A stretch of 64,000 nt of DNA from Eledone cirrhosa (lineage: Eukaryota). The position numbers and the translations under genes are program-made. Below the pieces are notes generated by a model. That model was given only the letters and a program-made list of their open reading frames with translations, did not search any database and was not told the origin of the DNA. Shown here in pieces: positions 37,271 through 48,269 of this stretch (within the stretch, counting starts at the first letter, position 1; every line of letters begins with the position of its first letter). The stretch covers positions 369,210,001 through 369,274,000 of the forward strand of contig OZ024743.1 of NCBI GenBank assembly GCA_964016885.1. The letters run 5' to 3'.

Positions 37271-38089
37271 CTTTAAGCAAGACTCTGTGTTGAGCCTCCT
37301 TGCCAGACTCTGTGTTGAGCCTCATTACCAGACTCTGTATTGAACATATTGGCCTTGTTGCCTGACTCTGTTGGACATGTAATGTAACTACCAGTGCTTC
37401 TTTGATTTCATCATGTCTCCTTGTTAGGATGAAACTTCAAGTTCCATACAATTTCCTCTGATGTTACTCTTTAATTATTTCATTTCCTCTTTTGTTGTTG
37501 TTTTTGTTTGTTTTGCTATTTTTGTTGTATTAATTTCATCTTTTTCCTTCCTTTTTTACTCAAACATTTGATGTTAAAAACCAATCCTTTTATACCATGT
37601 GAATATCGACATATATACGTACATACATTGAGTGTGTGTGGGGGCAGTGACAGTGGTGGGAGCAAGAAAAGAAGCAGGTCATTCAGTTAACTTAATACAT
37701 AACACACACACACACGTATATATATGAATACTCCCATGATTATAATACAATACATTCAGTGTTTAGTGAATGACGTTTGAAGTATCTTTGCCATGAGTTT
37801 TGTTTTGCATTCACATGATATTCAATACCTTTCTTATATCGTTTTGCTTTTCACAAACATTTTCTCCCTTTATTTAAAATTTTCACTCATTCAACACCTC
37901 TCATTTACGAACACAAACAAACATACAAACACATAAACACACATACAAGCACCTCCCCCCCACTATACCCCCCCCCCAGTACACACACACACATATATGA
38001 ATAGAATGGATATATCTTTGGACGTTTCCTCACTCATTCAATAATCAATGAAGTTGGTATTATTAAAATTCAAACCCAACTGGTTAAGA

Positions 38090-38690
38090 GAAGAGCGACT
38101 GGTATTTGAGGAGTTTGGCCCCCTCAGCCCAACGTGCAGCAGAACCTGGGTCATGCCATCTGGCCTTTTGCCGTCCCCTCGATCCAGCCCCACCGGCTTG
38201 AGCTGGGAAGGGAAGCCTGCAGCGTCCAAGCCATGCTTAATGACCTCATTGAGGGCAGCATGGCGTGGAATTCGGCTGGCACTGTGGCGACAAGTAAGTG
38301 GGTGGAGGTCGAAAGCGTCCACGGTGGAACTGCAACGACATTGGTGTAGCTGGCAGATCCGGAGGCCGAGCCTCAGGGAAACGCTGATGCGCAGGCTATG
38401 GTTGTCTAGCTGCGTGCCAGTGGAGGAAGGCGGCAGGGCATGGAGCCAGGCACCACTGTGGGGTTTGGAGGCCGCACGAAAACAAGAAAAGCGGTGGTGG
38501 TCGGTGTCCTCGGCCCTAGGGCTACCTCCTTACTCACCACCATAGGCGCTGAGCTGGCCAGCCACAGGTGTGAGCCCCGCGAGTTGGAGTGGCTTTTCCA
38601 GCGCGTCTACCTTGCCGTCCTCCGAGGAAACGCCTTCTCCATTCTGTCCGCCGGAGCTGTGGGTGGGGCCCATCACGTACCGTTATAGAT
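38090..38690. mobile_element. CRE-like RLE element with internal inversion
   Basis: 38090-38502 minus strand (GAWL.ALP, LRLGL, C..C..D..HPLTC, RPDGMT); 38503-38690 plus strand (GVLGPRATSLL...RGNAFSIL, 3' end). Confidence 0.82.
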
Positions 38691-39146
38691 GTGTATACAG
38701 ATATTAACTCATAAATCTGCATTGACTTTTATGTAGAAAACTAATAGAAGAGCAATAAAATTGCTATCAACAGTTCCAGTTTATCACGGGCTTCTATTAC
38801 TGCTCTTATCATCATAGCTTCATAACAAAGAAACCACAGCCATGAGAAACACCAACACCTCAACAAGACACACAGCGCCAAACACCACTAACATACATTT
38901 ACTGGTTAGAGTGCACATATACGTTAATCGGCGAGAAAGACGACTTTGTGTAGGTGAGGTAATTGGGATACCCGGACTTATGCATCAGTTTCTACGGTTC
39001 CGATCTGCTGGCAGTGTTCCGAGTGGAACAACTATGTGCAGAGTATTAGGTAATACAATATGTGATTTGGTGTGGGACCGTGTCATGAGCAGGAGTTTTC
39101 CTCCCTTGGAAAGATCAATATAGCGTGTCACTATCTTCAGTTGCTG

Positions 39147-39830
39147 TAATGTATATGTATATATGTGTATATGGGTATAAGTGTATATGTATATATGTGT
39201 ATATGGGTATAAGTGTATATGTATATATGTGTATATGGATATAAGTGTATATGTATATATGTGTATATGGATATAAGTGTATATGTATATATGTGTATAT
39301 GGGTATAAGTGTATATGTATATATGTGTATATGGATATAAGTGTATATGTATATATGTGTATATGGATATAAGTGTATATGTATATATGTGTACATGGAT
39401 ATAAGTGTATATGTATATATGTGTATATGGATATAAGTGTATATGTATATATGTGTATATGGATATAAGTGTATATGTATATATGTGTATATGGGTATAA
39501 GTGTATATGTATATATGTGTACATGGATATAAGTGTATATGTATATATGTGTATATGGGTATAAGTGTATATGTATATATGTGTATATGTATATATATGT
39601 ATAAGTGTATATGTATATATGTGTATATGGGTATAAGTGTATATGTATATATGTGTATATGGGTATAAGTGTATATATGTGTATATGGGTATAAGTGTAT
39701 ATGTATATATATGTATAAGTGTATATGTATATATGTGTATATGGGTATAAGTGTATATGTATATATGTGTATATGGGTATAAGTGTATATGTATATATGT
39801 GTACATGGATATAAGTGTAAATGTATATGT
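39147..39830. repeat. 32-bp AT/GT-derived minisatellite, ~21 copies
   Basis: Unit gtatatgtatatatgtgtatatgg(g/a)tataagt. Confidence 0.95.
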
Positions 39831-39893
39831 GTATATATGTATTTATTTATTTATGTCTGTGTGTGTTTATATATATATTTATTAAAATAACAG

Positions 39894-39896
<3 letters not shown>

Positions 39897-39961
<65 letters not shown>
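39897..39961. repeat. Pure (AT)n microsatellite
   Basis: Direct reading. Confidence 0.97.
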
Positions 39962-39965
<4 letters not shown>

Positions 39966-40006
39966 AATAAGATAAGGACGGTTGGTTACTCCTTCATTAC
40001 GTTTAT

Positions 40007-40099
40007 TGGTTGGTGACGCGCGTTTCGCCACTGATCAGCTCAAGGTTCGATCTGCATCGATCTGACCTGACTCTGTAATCCGCGGCTCGTCAGACCCCA
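40007..40099 (-). ncRNA. Type I hammerhead ribozyme, intact, extended stem II
   Basis: tggggt CTGACGA gccgc...gtggc GAAA cgcgcg TC accaacca on the minus strand. Confidence 0.82.
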
Positions 40100-40133
40100 T
40101 GTAATGTTAATGGAAAAATGCATTAACATTACA

Positions 40134-40226
40134 TGGGGTCTGACGAGCCGCGGATTACAGAGTCAGGCTAGATAGATAGAGATCGAACCTTGAGCTGATC
40201 AGTGGCGAAACGCGCGTCACCAACCA
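40134..40226 (+). ncRNA. Type I hammerhead ribozyme, intact, extended stem II
   Basis: tggggt CTGACGA(40140-46) gccgc...gtggc GAAA(40207-10) cgcgcg TC accaacca. GUC cleavage triplet, palindromic stem III acgcgcgt, aataaa immediately downstream. Confidence 0.85.
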
Positions 40227-40325
40227 ATAAACGTAATGAAGGAGTAACCAACCGTCCTTATCTTATTTCACTATAATACACTCTGCCTAGCTCGACACTG
40301 AAGTGAACCTAAACATATATATATA

Positions 40326-40538
40326 TAGTGAAAGAGTGAAGAATAACATGGTCGCCCATGTTATTCTTCACTCTTTTACTATTATTACTCCAAGAATCAC
40401 CTGCATGGGAATTCTAGTACACTCGCCACCTAAGGAAACTTCTTGTTGAGCCAAACAACGCCGTACGTTAAAACTATCCATAGTACAGAGTACTCACAAC
40501 CTCTAACTGGATTACCTTTAACGATAACTTATTATCCA

Positions 40539-40540
<2 letters not shown>
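40326..40540. mobile_element. Short foldback with tail in (AT)n, no hammerhead retained
   Basis: tagtgaaagagtgaagaataacatgg-tcgc-ccatgttattcttcactcttttacta, then a ~160-nt tail, then (AT)n. Confidence 0.65.
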
Positions 40541-40574
<34 letters not shown>

Positions 40575-40639
40575 ATGAATGTGTGTATATATGTATAAAT
40601 GTATATATATATATCTGAAAACGTGTTGAAACAGGTTTT

Positions 40640-41080
40640 GTTATACTTTGCATCCATTCTTTGACATTGTCCAACCAGATTTTGCGTTGGCGTCCCCTAC
40701 TGCGTCCACCTTCAATGGTGCTTTGCATGATGGTCTTGCACAAGCTGTCATATAGTGTGACGTGGTCAAATTACGCAAGTTTTCCCCTCTTGACAGTGGC
40801 GACACTGTCTCACAAAATTGTTAACCTTTCTCCGCACTTATTCATTGGTTTTACGTACCCAATAGGAAATATGAAGGAGTTTTCTCATGAATTTGTCCTC
40901 AAAAGCCTGGATACTTCTCTCTGTTTCTACCAAAAGTGTCTAGATCTCCCACCCATATAAGAGGACGGAGGCTACCAGCGATTTGTACAATTTGTACTTA
41001 TTCTGAAAACTGATGTTGCTCTTGCATATTCTTGCCAAATTGGCCATCACTGCCATAGCTGCGGCAATCTGTGCTCTTCT
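40640..41080 (-). mobile_element. RTE-clade LINE C-terminal fragment (family 4)
   Basis: KTIMQSTIEGGRSRGRQRKIWLDNVKEW. Confidence 0.7.
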
Positions 41081-41379
41081 ATTTGTTCTTCTATGTATCT
41101 CCTCTTCTTTTTGGTTGTGTTCTATTTACTTCATCTTGCCAAACAATACTTAAAAAATAAATTCTGAGACCTATGGCTAAGTAAGAAAATATTATTATCT
41201 GCTATAGTTGTTGTTTTTCATCATCATTATCATTATTTTATGTTTTCTTTCCACACTGGGGTTAGTTGGATGGGGTTGTCACAGTCCAAGACCAGATGGA
41301 TTGGATTCGTCTATCTTGCTCTGCTAATAAAACACCTGTGAATGTCATACTAGATACTTTGTGTTGTTATTACATTCTT

Positions 41380-41520
41380 TTACGTTCTGAAGTTAGCTTT
41401 GCCTTTCATCCTTACATAGTCGATAAAATAAGCACCAGTAGTACATTTGGGTCGATTTGATCGACTTTTCCTTCCCCCAAAATTGTTGGCCTTGTGCCTT
41501 TTATCAGAAACTATTATTAT
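41380..41520 (+). mobile_element. Decayed SINE family A relative
   Basis: ctttgcctttcatccttacatagtcgataaaataag...ggccttgtgcc. Confidence 0.6.
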
Positions 41521-42015
41521 TCTTGTTGTTGCTGTTTAGCTCCAGGCCAACTTTTATCAAGCAGACCAATGATCCAAGTTTTTCTAACAATAACTATCCC
41601 ATTTTTAAGAGATATTCAAGACTGCATTCTCTGTGTTCTTTTTTTATTTGATGTGGTAGGATGGGATTTGAAGGAAATTTGACTGCTATATATAGCAGGT
41701 TGAGTGCCATACAGTAGTCTCCTTCATTGGTTTGTGATTTGAGGATGATTTGGTTGATGTTTCGAGCAAGTCAAGCAACCATGTAATAGTTATTGTGATG
41801 GCTCGATAAAAGATACTTTATATGTAGTATAATGTTAAAGAGTTGAAATATCTTGGAGATCATCATCGTTTTTACACTTATTTTTCCATGCTTGCATGTG
41901 TTGGATGATAGAGGTGGTATTAGATTACTGATTCATGGGCTGTGGGTTCAGATCTGCAATTGTTTTTACTATTGGAATAGGTACCTGAATCTCTGTGAGA
42001 AGTTGCCTGTGGCAG

Positions 42016-42257
42016 AATAGTGTCTGATAGATAAAATGTCCCACAATATTGTCTGTTAGATAACATTTGTCCTACAATAATGTCTGATAGATAACATTTG
42101 TCACACAATATATCTGATAGACAACATTTGTCCCACAATATGTCTGATAGATAACATTTGTCTCACAATAGTGTCTGATAGATAAAATTTGTCCCACAAT
42201 AGTGTCGGACTGATAAAATTTGTCCTACAATAGTGTTGGACTGATAAAATTTGTCCC
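42016..42257. repeat. 30-31-bp minisatellite, ~8 copies
   Basis: Unit tgtctgatagataacatttgtcccacaata(g). Confidence 0.9.
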
Positions 42258-43739
42258 TTATTCATTTAATACCATGGGGATTAGAGGTAATTACAATCTC
42301 CGTGAAACCTTTCTTAAAAGATCAACATGCAGAGCACTAACTATCTTTTCAAATTCTTGATTACCCCAAGAGATGGATGTGGATTATATGTAATAACACT
42401 CCTCTTTACACCAGAAATATAATGATGCCTCCTGAAAGTAGGTTATTGTGTGAACGTATTCTGTCTAGTGTACATAATTTAGAGTGTAGACAAAATGTTG
42501 ACTAATTTTGGAAGTTATCTCGAAAATTTGTAGCAAGGGGTTTGACAACGTTTATGACTAATTAGAGACAGTATTATACTTATAATGAGTTAACATTGTA
42601 GTAGTTAATTATGTCAGTTGCAGGGAAGCCTCTTGGGTTATGGTGGATCACAGAGAATTTTATTTGTTTCTTTATTTACTTATTTAAAAAACAAAACAAA
42701 ACAAAAAAACAAAAAAAAACAAACAACACAAAAAACAACAGATATTATATATTTGGCTCTTTCTGTCATCCTTTTCCTTCTCTTAAGTGCTGTTTTGGAA
42801 GACTCCACCCATATCCTGCAGAGGCCATTTCTAGTAGAAGTAGAAGTATTGCATGATTTCAGTGGGATTCAGTGCAATTGATATTTTACTTTGAAATGTT
42901 GAAGGTTATAATTGATGGGAACAAACATGGGTGTAGAGGTGGGAGCAGTCCCAGCTAGACTTTGCCATGAAAAATTGTAAATGATTATTTAGTGCATGCT
43001 GTTTGAGATAAAGTTAGTAAATGAACTTTGTATACACCAAAGGGCTTAGTATTTAGACAGCTTACTTTAAAATCTAATCAGAGAAATTATTGATTCCTTA
43101 TATAGAAACAAGGCCATGTATTTATTATTATTTTTTTTTTGAGGAAACAATCAACTATACCACCTGATTCCAGTACTGGATTGGTATTTATTTTATATTA
43201 CAGCAGCATATAGTTACAGTCCTTTATGTTCTGAGGTTAGCTTTGTCTTTCATCCTTATAGGGTTGATAAAATAAACCACCAGTAACACACTGGGGTTGA
43301 ACTCACAATTTTACAATCATGAGCTGAACACCCTAACTATTAAGCTACACCTTCAACCTCTTTCTTTTTAGGTAACTATGTGAAAAACAAACATTTAGAA
43401 TACCATTAAAAGTACTAATACTAACACCATGACTGTCATGGTTGAGCTAACAAGGGAGCCTCTGTCAGTATCACCTTTTGTGCACAATGCACCACCTCAA
43501 CATCTCAAAAATTGTTATGCCCCCCCCCCCCCCCTCCTTACCTTGATATGAAAATGCCCTCCTTTCACATGAAACTGATGATTAACTGCAAAAGAACATA
43601 TATTTATTTATCTTAATTATAAATTGGTCAAACATACAAAAAAAGAAAGCAGTATTAGAAAGGACTATAAATGCCATAAATGAGAAGAAAAGGAGGGGAA
43701 GAGCAAGGACTATTAGACAAAGGAAGAAAAAAGGGGGAA

Positions 43740-44078
43740 GGGCAGAACGGTGTCAGATTATACCTAGGGCAGAACGGTGTTTTGGCTGCACCCTGCGAAC
43801 AAAATGGCAAAGGCATTTCCACAAACTATGGCCAGCAACACCCGCTGCATCTCGCAGGGCACCTTCCTCTGGTGGGCTGTTATCAATCTGATTTTATGGA
43901 GAAGGTCCGCTGTCCAGGGTCTGAAGATGCCTGAGGTCTTGACAGCGACCGGGGCAAAGATGAAGCGGCCAGACAAGCTCCGACATTTGCTTGTCTTCCT
44001 GTCTTCTGCATTGCAAGCCATGGTACCGTGCTTTATGGCTGAGGTGACTAAATTGGAGGCAGAGAATGTGTCACAGAT
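43740..44078 (-). mobile_element. CRE-like 3' fragment
   Basis: CDTFSASNL...AEDRKTSK...FIFAPVAVKTSG...LAIVCGNAFAIL. Confidence 0.75.
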
Positions 44079-44931
44079 GAGGGATTTACTGCAAAGTGTA
44101 AACAAATTGGAGTATAGGGGGTCCCAGATGCACAATAATTTGTGGAGGATGTGACACAAGAGTTTCTGACAGTAATGTGTATCAAAGTTGCCTTGTTATA
44201 AAATAAGAAAAAACCTGAACTTGCACCCTTTTCCCGCCAAATATATATGTATATATATCATCATATGTATATATGTATATATATATATGTATTCAAATTG
44301 TTCCACTGTTGACTGTGCACCCCACGTTTGGAATTACTGTTTTATGTAGTTTCTTGTACTGCTAGAAATAACAGCGAGATACCCATCAAATCTCAACATA
44401 CTGTTTGTTGCATAATATTGCTTTAAATAGATCATGGCTGTCACAAATATGGGATGGTTATAGTTTGAATGTCTTCTGTGATATGTCAGCTCAATAAAGG
44501 AGGACCTGAGGCTATACTGTAACATCAACATCCGCTACTAACAACAATAGTGAACCTCTATGGCAGGAGTGGGTAGCCATTTGTTTTGTTTTTAGTACCA
44601 GGGGAACATTTTAAGTATATAAGAACTTATGGGGCCCCTATCTGTGCTGATATAAATAATCGATTTTTAATTTTATAAAATCATAGAAATTCAACTAAGT
44701 ATTATAAATGATTTTATATAAGAATGGGTGTTTAAAACACCATAGTACATAAAACATTTAAACATTAACTGAATTAGTATTGAATCTGGTGTAAGTAGAG
44801 TGTACATTTTTCAAAAGGCATGGATCTTCTTGTGAATGCAAGGGTTCTCTTTGTGGTCTCTAGAAATAGCAGATACATCTACCTCAAATTGGACCTTATT
44901 ATTATAAAACTGGATAATAATAAGGTCCAAT

Positions 44932-45110
44932 TTGGCAGTATCGGTAGAGGGTTGGACGCCATGCTTTCTAGCATAGTTACGTCCCTTTACAGTCTGAGTT
45001 CAAATCCCGCCGAGGTTAACTTTGCCTTTCATCCTTACGGGGTCGATAAAATAAAGTACCAGTAATGTACTGGGTAATTGCTGGCCTTGTGCCTAAAGTA
45101 GAAACAATTA
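44932..45110 (+). mobile_element. SINE family A with TSD
   Basis: Consensus match; ttattataaaactggata duplicated on both sides. Confidence 0.9.
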
Positions 45111-45479
45111 TTATAAAACTGGATAGGGTAGTGTTAGATGGATTGCGTGGAAGACAGAATAACCACAAATAAACTATGATTATAGGTCTGTTTGAGTAGG
45201 GCTAATATGTAGTTAAATAGCAAAATGGGAATCTATATGGGATCATTGAATCTGCAAGAAATTGTATCTAAATCTCCCTCAAATCACATCCTACCATTTT
45301 GTAAAAAATATTTAAAAACGAGTTTCTTAATTCAAAAGTTTATAGTATCTCTTTAATAGTGGACAGATTGTTGTGAAAAATTATATTGTTGTGAAGAATT
45401 ATATAAAGATTTTAATTTTGAAGGTGATGCAGTCATAGTGATGTTTTATGTTTTAAGAATGGCTTGTTAATGGAAGATC

Positions 45480-45800
45480 ATCAACATCACTACTGTTTAA
45501 AGTCTTTTTTCCATGCTAGCATGGATTAGACGAGTTGTCTTATTGTGATACAAGTCATATCAGGTGACCATGTCTTGTTCATACAGAACTGTTTCTGGTT
45601 TGCTTTCTACACAGTGTGGGCAGGGTGCTTTTTAGCGTGTTACCCACATGACCACCTTACAGGGTGGACTGGAAACTTTTGTGTCACTAGCACGACCACT
45701 AGGGTGAACTGGGTGCTTTTCTTCTCGTGTCACCAACATGACCACCTTATAGGATGGATTGGGTGCCTTTTGTTGTTGTGGCACCAGATCAGTATACGGG
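45480..45800 (-). mobile_element. RTE family 2 3' UTR fragment
   Basis: Reverse complement of the UTR tandem units and tail. Confidence 0.65.
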
Positions 45801-46103
45801 GTTGATTCTGTGTTTTGTTTTCGTTTGTTTTCGTAAAGATTTCAATTTTTAATTTGATGCAGTCAGTGATGTTTTGTATATTTAAAGAATGTCTTGTTAA
45901 TGGAAGATCTTATTGGATAATAATAGTCTCATATAAATGCTACAGTAAACCAAAAAATAGGATGTTCATAGCTGAAATGTCTTTTGATCATGGATAGGTC
46001 TGTTGTTTAATGAAGAGTGAGTGACCAGGAGCTGAAGAACAATTACAACTTTACTTCTATGGTAACTACTGTATTTGCTGCTGCCGCAATTACTGTTATT
46101 ATC

Positions 46104-46246
46104 CCCACCACCACCAATACTACTACTACCGCCTCCACCACCACTACTACTACTACCACCACTACTACTACCACCACCACCACCACTACTACTACTACTA
46201 CTACCGCCACCACCATTACTACTACTACTACTGCTACTACTACTAC
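46104..46246. repeat. (CAC)/(TAC) compound trinucleotide microsatellite
   Basis: Direct reading. Confidence 0.9.
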
Positions 46247-46852
46247 TTAGTAGTGGTAGTAGTCTCATTGGAAGGCTCATATCTATAACCACCAATACAA
46301 ATCTGATTGGCTGTTCAAACTGACTTCGTCCTGCAGAAACTGTTTTAACTACTTAGTGTCAATAGTTAACAATCTTTGCAATTATAATTAATTTACTTTT
46401 AAATGACTTTGCTAAGCTTCCTATTAAATGTTGTTGTTGCTGTTGAGTAATAAGACTTGTTTTTCTTTGTTTATTTCCTGTCTTGGCCATGTAATTGTTG
46501 TCTAAAATAGACTTGGCATACTTACAATACTGGAGCTTCCATCTCTATTGCTAATATTACCAATAATGCAAATCTAAGTGACTCAGTAATTAATAATATA
46601 TATTGTATGTGTGTATATATACATACACACACATACATACACACACATAGAAGCAATAATGCACACCTATAAAATACCCTCCATCTGCACACACATAACA
46701 CCCATGATACACCTGAACTCTCCACCTTGCCCCCCCCCCACACACACACTCCCGAATACTACACTACTCACCTTCCACCCACAGCCTTCTTAAAACCTGT
46801 TTTTTTTTCCATACTTGGATGTTCCAACCTTTTCTCTCTCTCCAAACTCTCC

Positions 46853-46890
46853 ATTCCCCGAAGAAGGACTTATGTCCAAAATGTCAAAAT
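46853..46890 (+). ncRNA. Degenerate minimal hammerhead
   Basis: cCGAAGA a ggac-ttat-gtcc AAAA tg TC: core substitutions, stem II intact. Confidence 0.4.
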
Positions 46891-47086
46891 CTTTTCTACT
46901 ATCACCTAAGTGAAATACTAATATGGCTTTGTTTTTGCATCTCAGTGTACTCTTGTAATTTTTTTAACTAGATGGCTGACTAAATACACACGTGCGCTTT
47001 TTTCTCCCCAAATTTTTTTCTCATTTTCCCCTGTTCATTCCTCTCATCACTCGTTACTTTCCATTTATCTTCTAGTTCTAACTCTA

Positions 47087-47122
47087 TCTTCTGATGAAGG
47101 ACTAGTGTCCAAAACGTTAAGA
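47087..47122 (+). ncRNA. Minimal type I hammerhead (G12 lost by CpG-type decay)
   Basis: tctt CTGATGA a ggac-tagt-gtcc AAAA cg TT aaga: 4-bp stems I and II, palindromic aacgtt stem III. Confidence 0.65.
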
Positions 47123-47419
47123 CTCTCTTCCTGCTATTTCAAGCGTTAAACTAATATATTTTTTCCATGTAATGTGTCGTTTGTTTTGTTATTTCTGTTT
47201 AGCTTTTACATATATATATATATACACACACAAACTACACACACACATATATACACATATATATATATATATTGTTCCTCCTCAACGGTACCATCCAGTT
47301 CCACACTGTAAATGTGGTTGTGGCTCCAAAACTATGGTTCTGCTGTGAGCAGGGTATGGCGTGACCATAATATATATATATAATATACATATATATATAT
47401 ACTTATATATATAATATAT

Positions 47420-47865
47420 CTTCATCCTCGTTTAATGTCCACTTTCCTCCCTATATGAAGCAGTCGGATCAGTTGATCGTGTCTTGCTCATATAGAACTG
47501 TTTCTGGCTAAATGTCTACAGCTGGATGCAGTGTGGGCTAGACACTTTTTGTCATGACACCTACAAGACCACTTTACAGTGTAGGCTGGGGACTTGGGGT
47601 GATTGGAGAGGTAGATCTAGGGGTGTTTGTGAAGGGGCAGGGTGTTCATGCATGGGTGGAGTTTTAGGACATGGAAGGTGTGGAGGTGGGAGGGACATGG
47701 ATGGGGGAGGGTTGATAGGGCGTGGGGGGAGTATAGAAGGGTGAAGGGGAAGGTAGTATGTACAAGATGTATGCTTCAGGCCATGCGCATGGAAGGTAAG
47801 TCTTCCGTATTACTTCATAACGCCAGAGATCTTGATCCTGTATCAACATCTTTGAGAGGTGCAAT
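47420..47865 (-). mobile_element. RTE family 2 3' fragment
   Basis: HLSKMLIQDQDLWRYEVIRKT and the UTR. Confidence 0.7.
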
Positions 47866-47912
47866 TATATCAAATTAAGAGTAGTTAAGAAGGGGTTACT
47901 TCACCATAATTA

Positions 47913-47968
47913 CTTTATCGTATATGTATTTCTGTTACATGGTTATGCATGTGACTTCATCAGATGCT
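47913..47968 (-). ncRNA. Degenerate hammerhead motif
   Basis: CTGATGA a gtcacatg-cataac-catgtaac a GAAA tacata TA cgataaa; stem I poor. Confidence 0.4.
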
Positions 47969-48000
47969 CATACAATCATAGGTGTAGTTATGCAATCATG

Positions 48001-48101
48001 GGGATATGTTGCTGGTCATGTACTACCGTCCAGTTGTGATGCCAGCAATATGTCTGCTGGCATCACAACTAGATGGTAGTACATGACCAACGATATATCC
48101 C
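48001..48101. repeat. 47-bp-arm hairpin (palindrome)
   Basis: gggatatgttgctggtcatgtactaccgtccagttgtgatgccagca-atatgtc-tgctggcatcacaactagatggtagtacatgaccaacgatatatccc. Confidence 0.9.
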
Positions 48102-48269
48102 TATTTACAGAGTGTACTTGGTGTTTTGCAGCAACAGTAGAGGTGGTTGTGTGAAACTCTAGATCAACTATATAGGCCCTGTTAGATAGGTTCTTTTAAA
48201 GAATTTGAAACTGAAAAGTCTTCAATAACACATGTATAAAAGAAGGGCTGTCCCCATATATACAAATAC

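Larger units (their letters stand above)
39958..40314. mobile_element. Near-perfect foldback with hammerheads on both strands and a ~40-nt tail, inserted in (AT)n
   Basis: Arms ~39958-40112 and 40121-40275, 8-nt loop gaaaaatg, tail 40276-40314, AT on both sides. Confidence 0.85.

Noticed and set aside
42016-42257. CRISPR-like periodicity (also 61713-62190 and 17640-18150)
   Set aside because: Head-to-tail units with no unique spacers, no cas genes, eukaryotic context
45966-46323. Gly/Ser, Thr and Leu/Pro homopolymer ORFs
   Set aside because: Trinucleotide microsatellite
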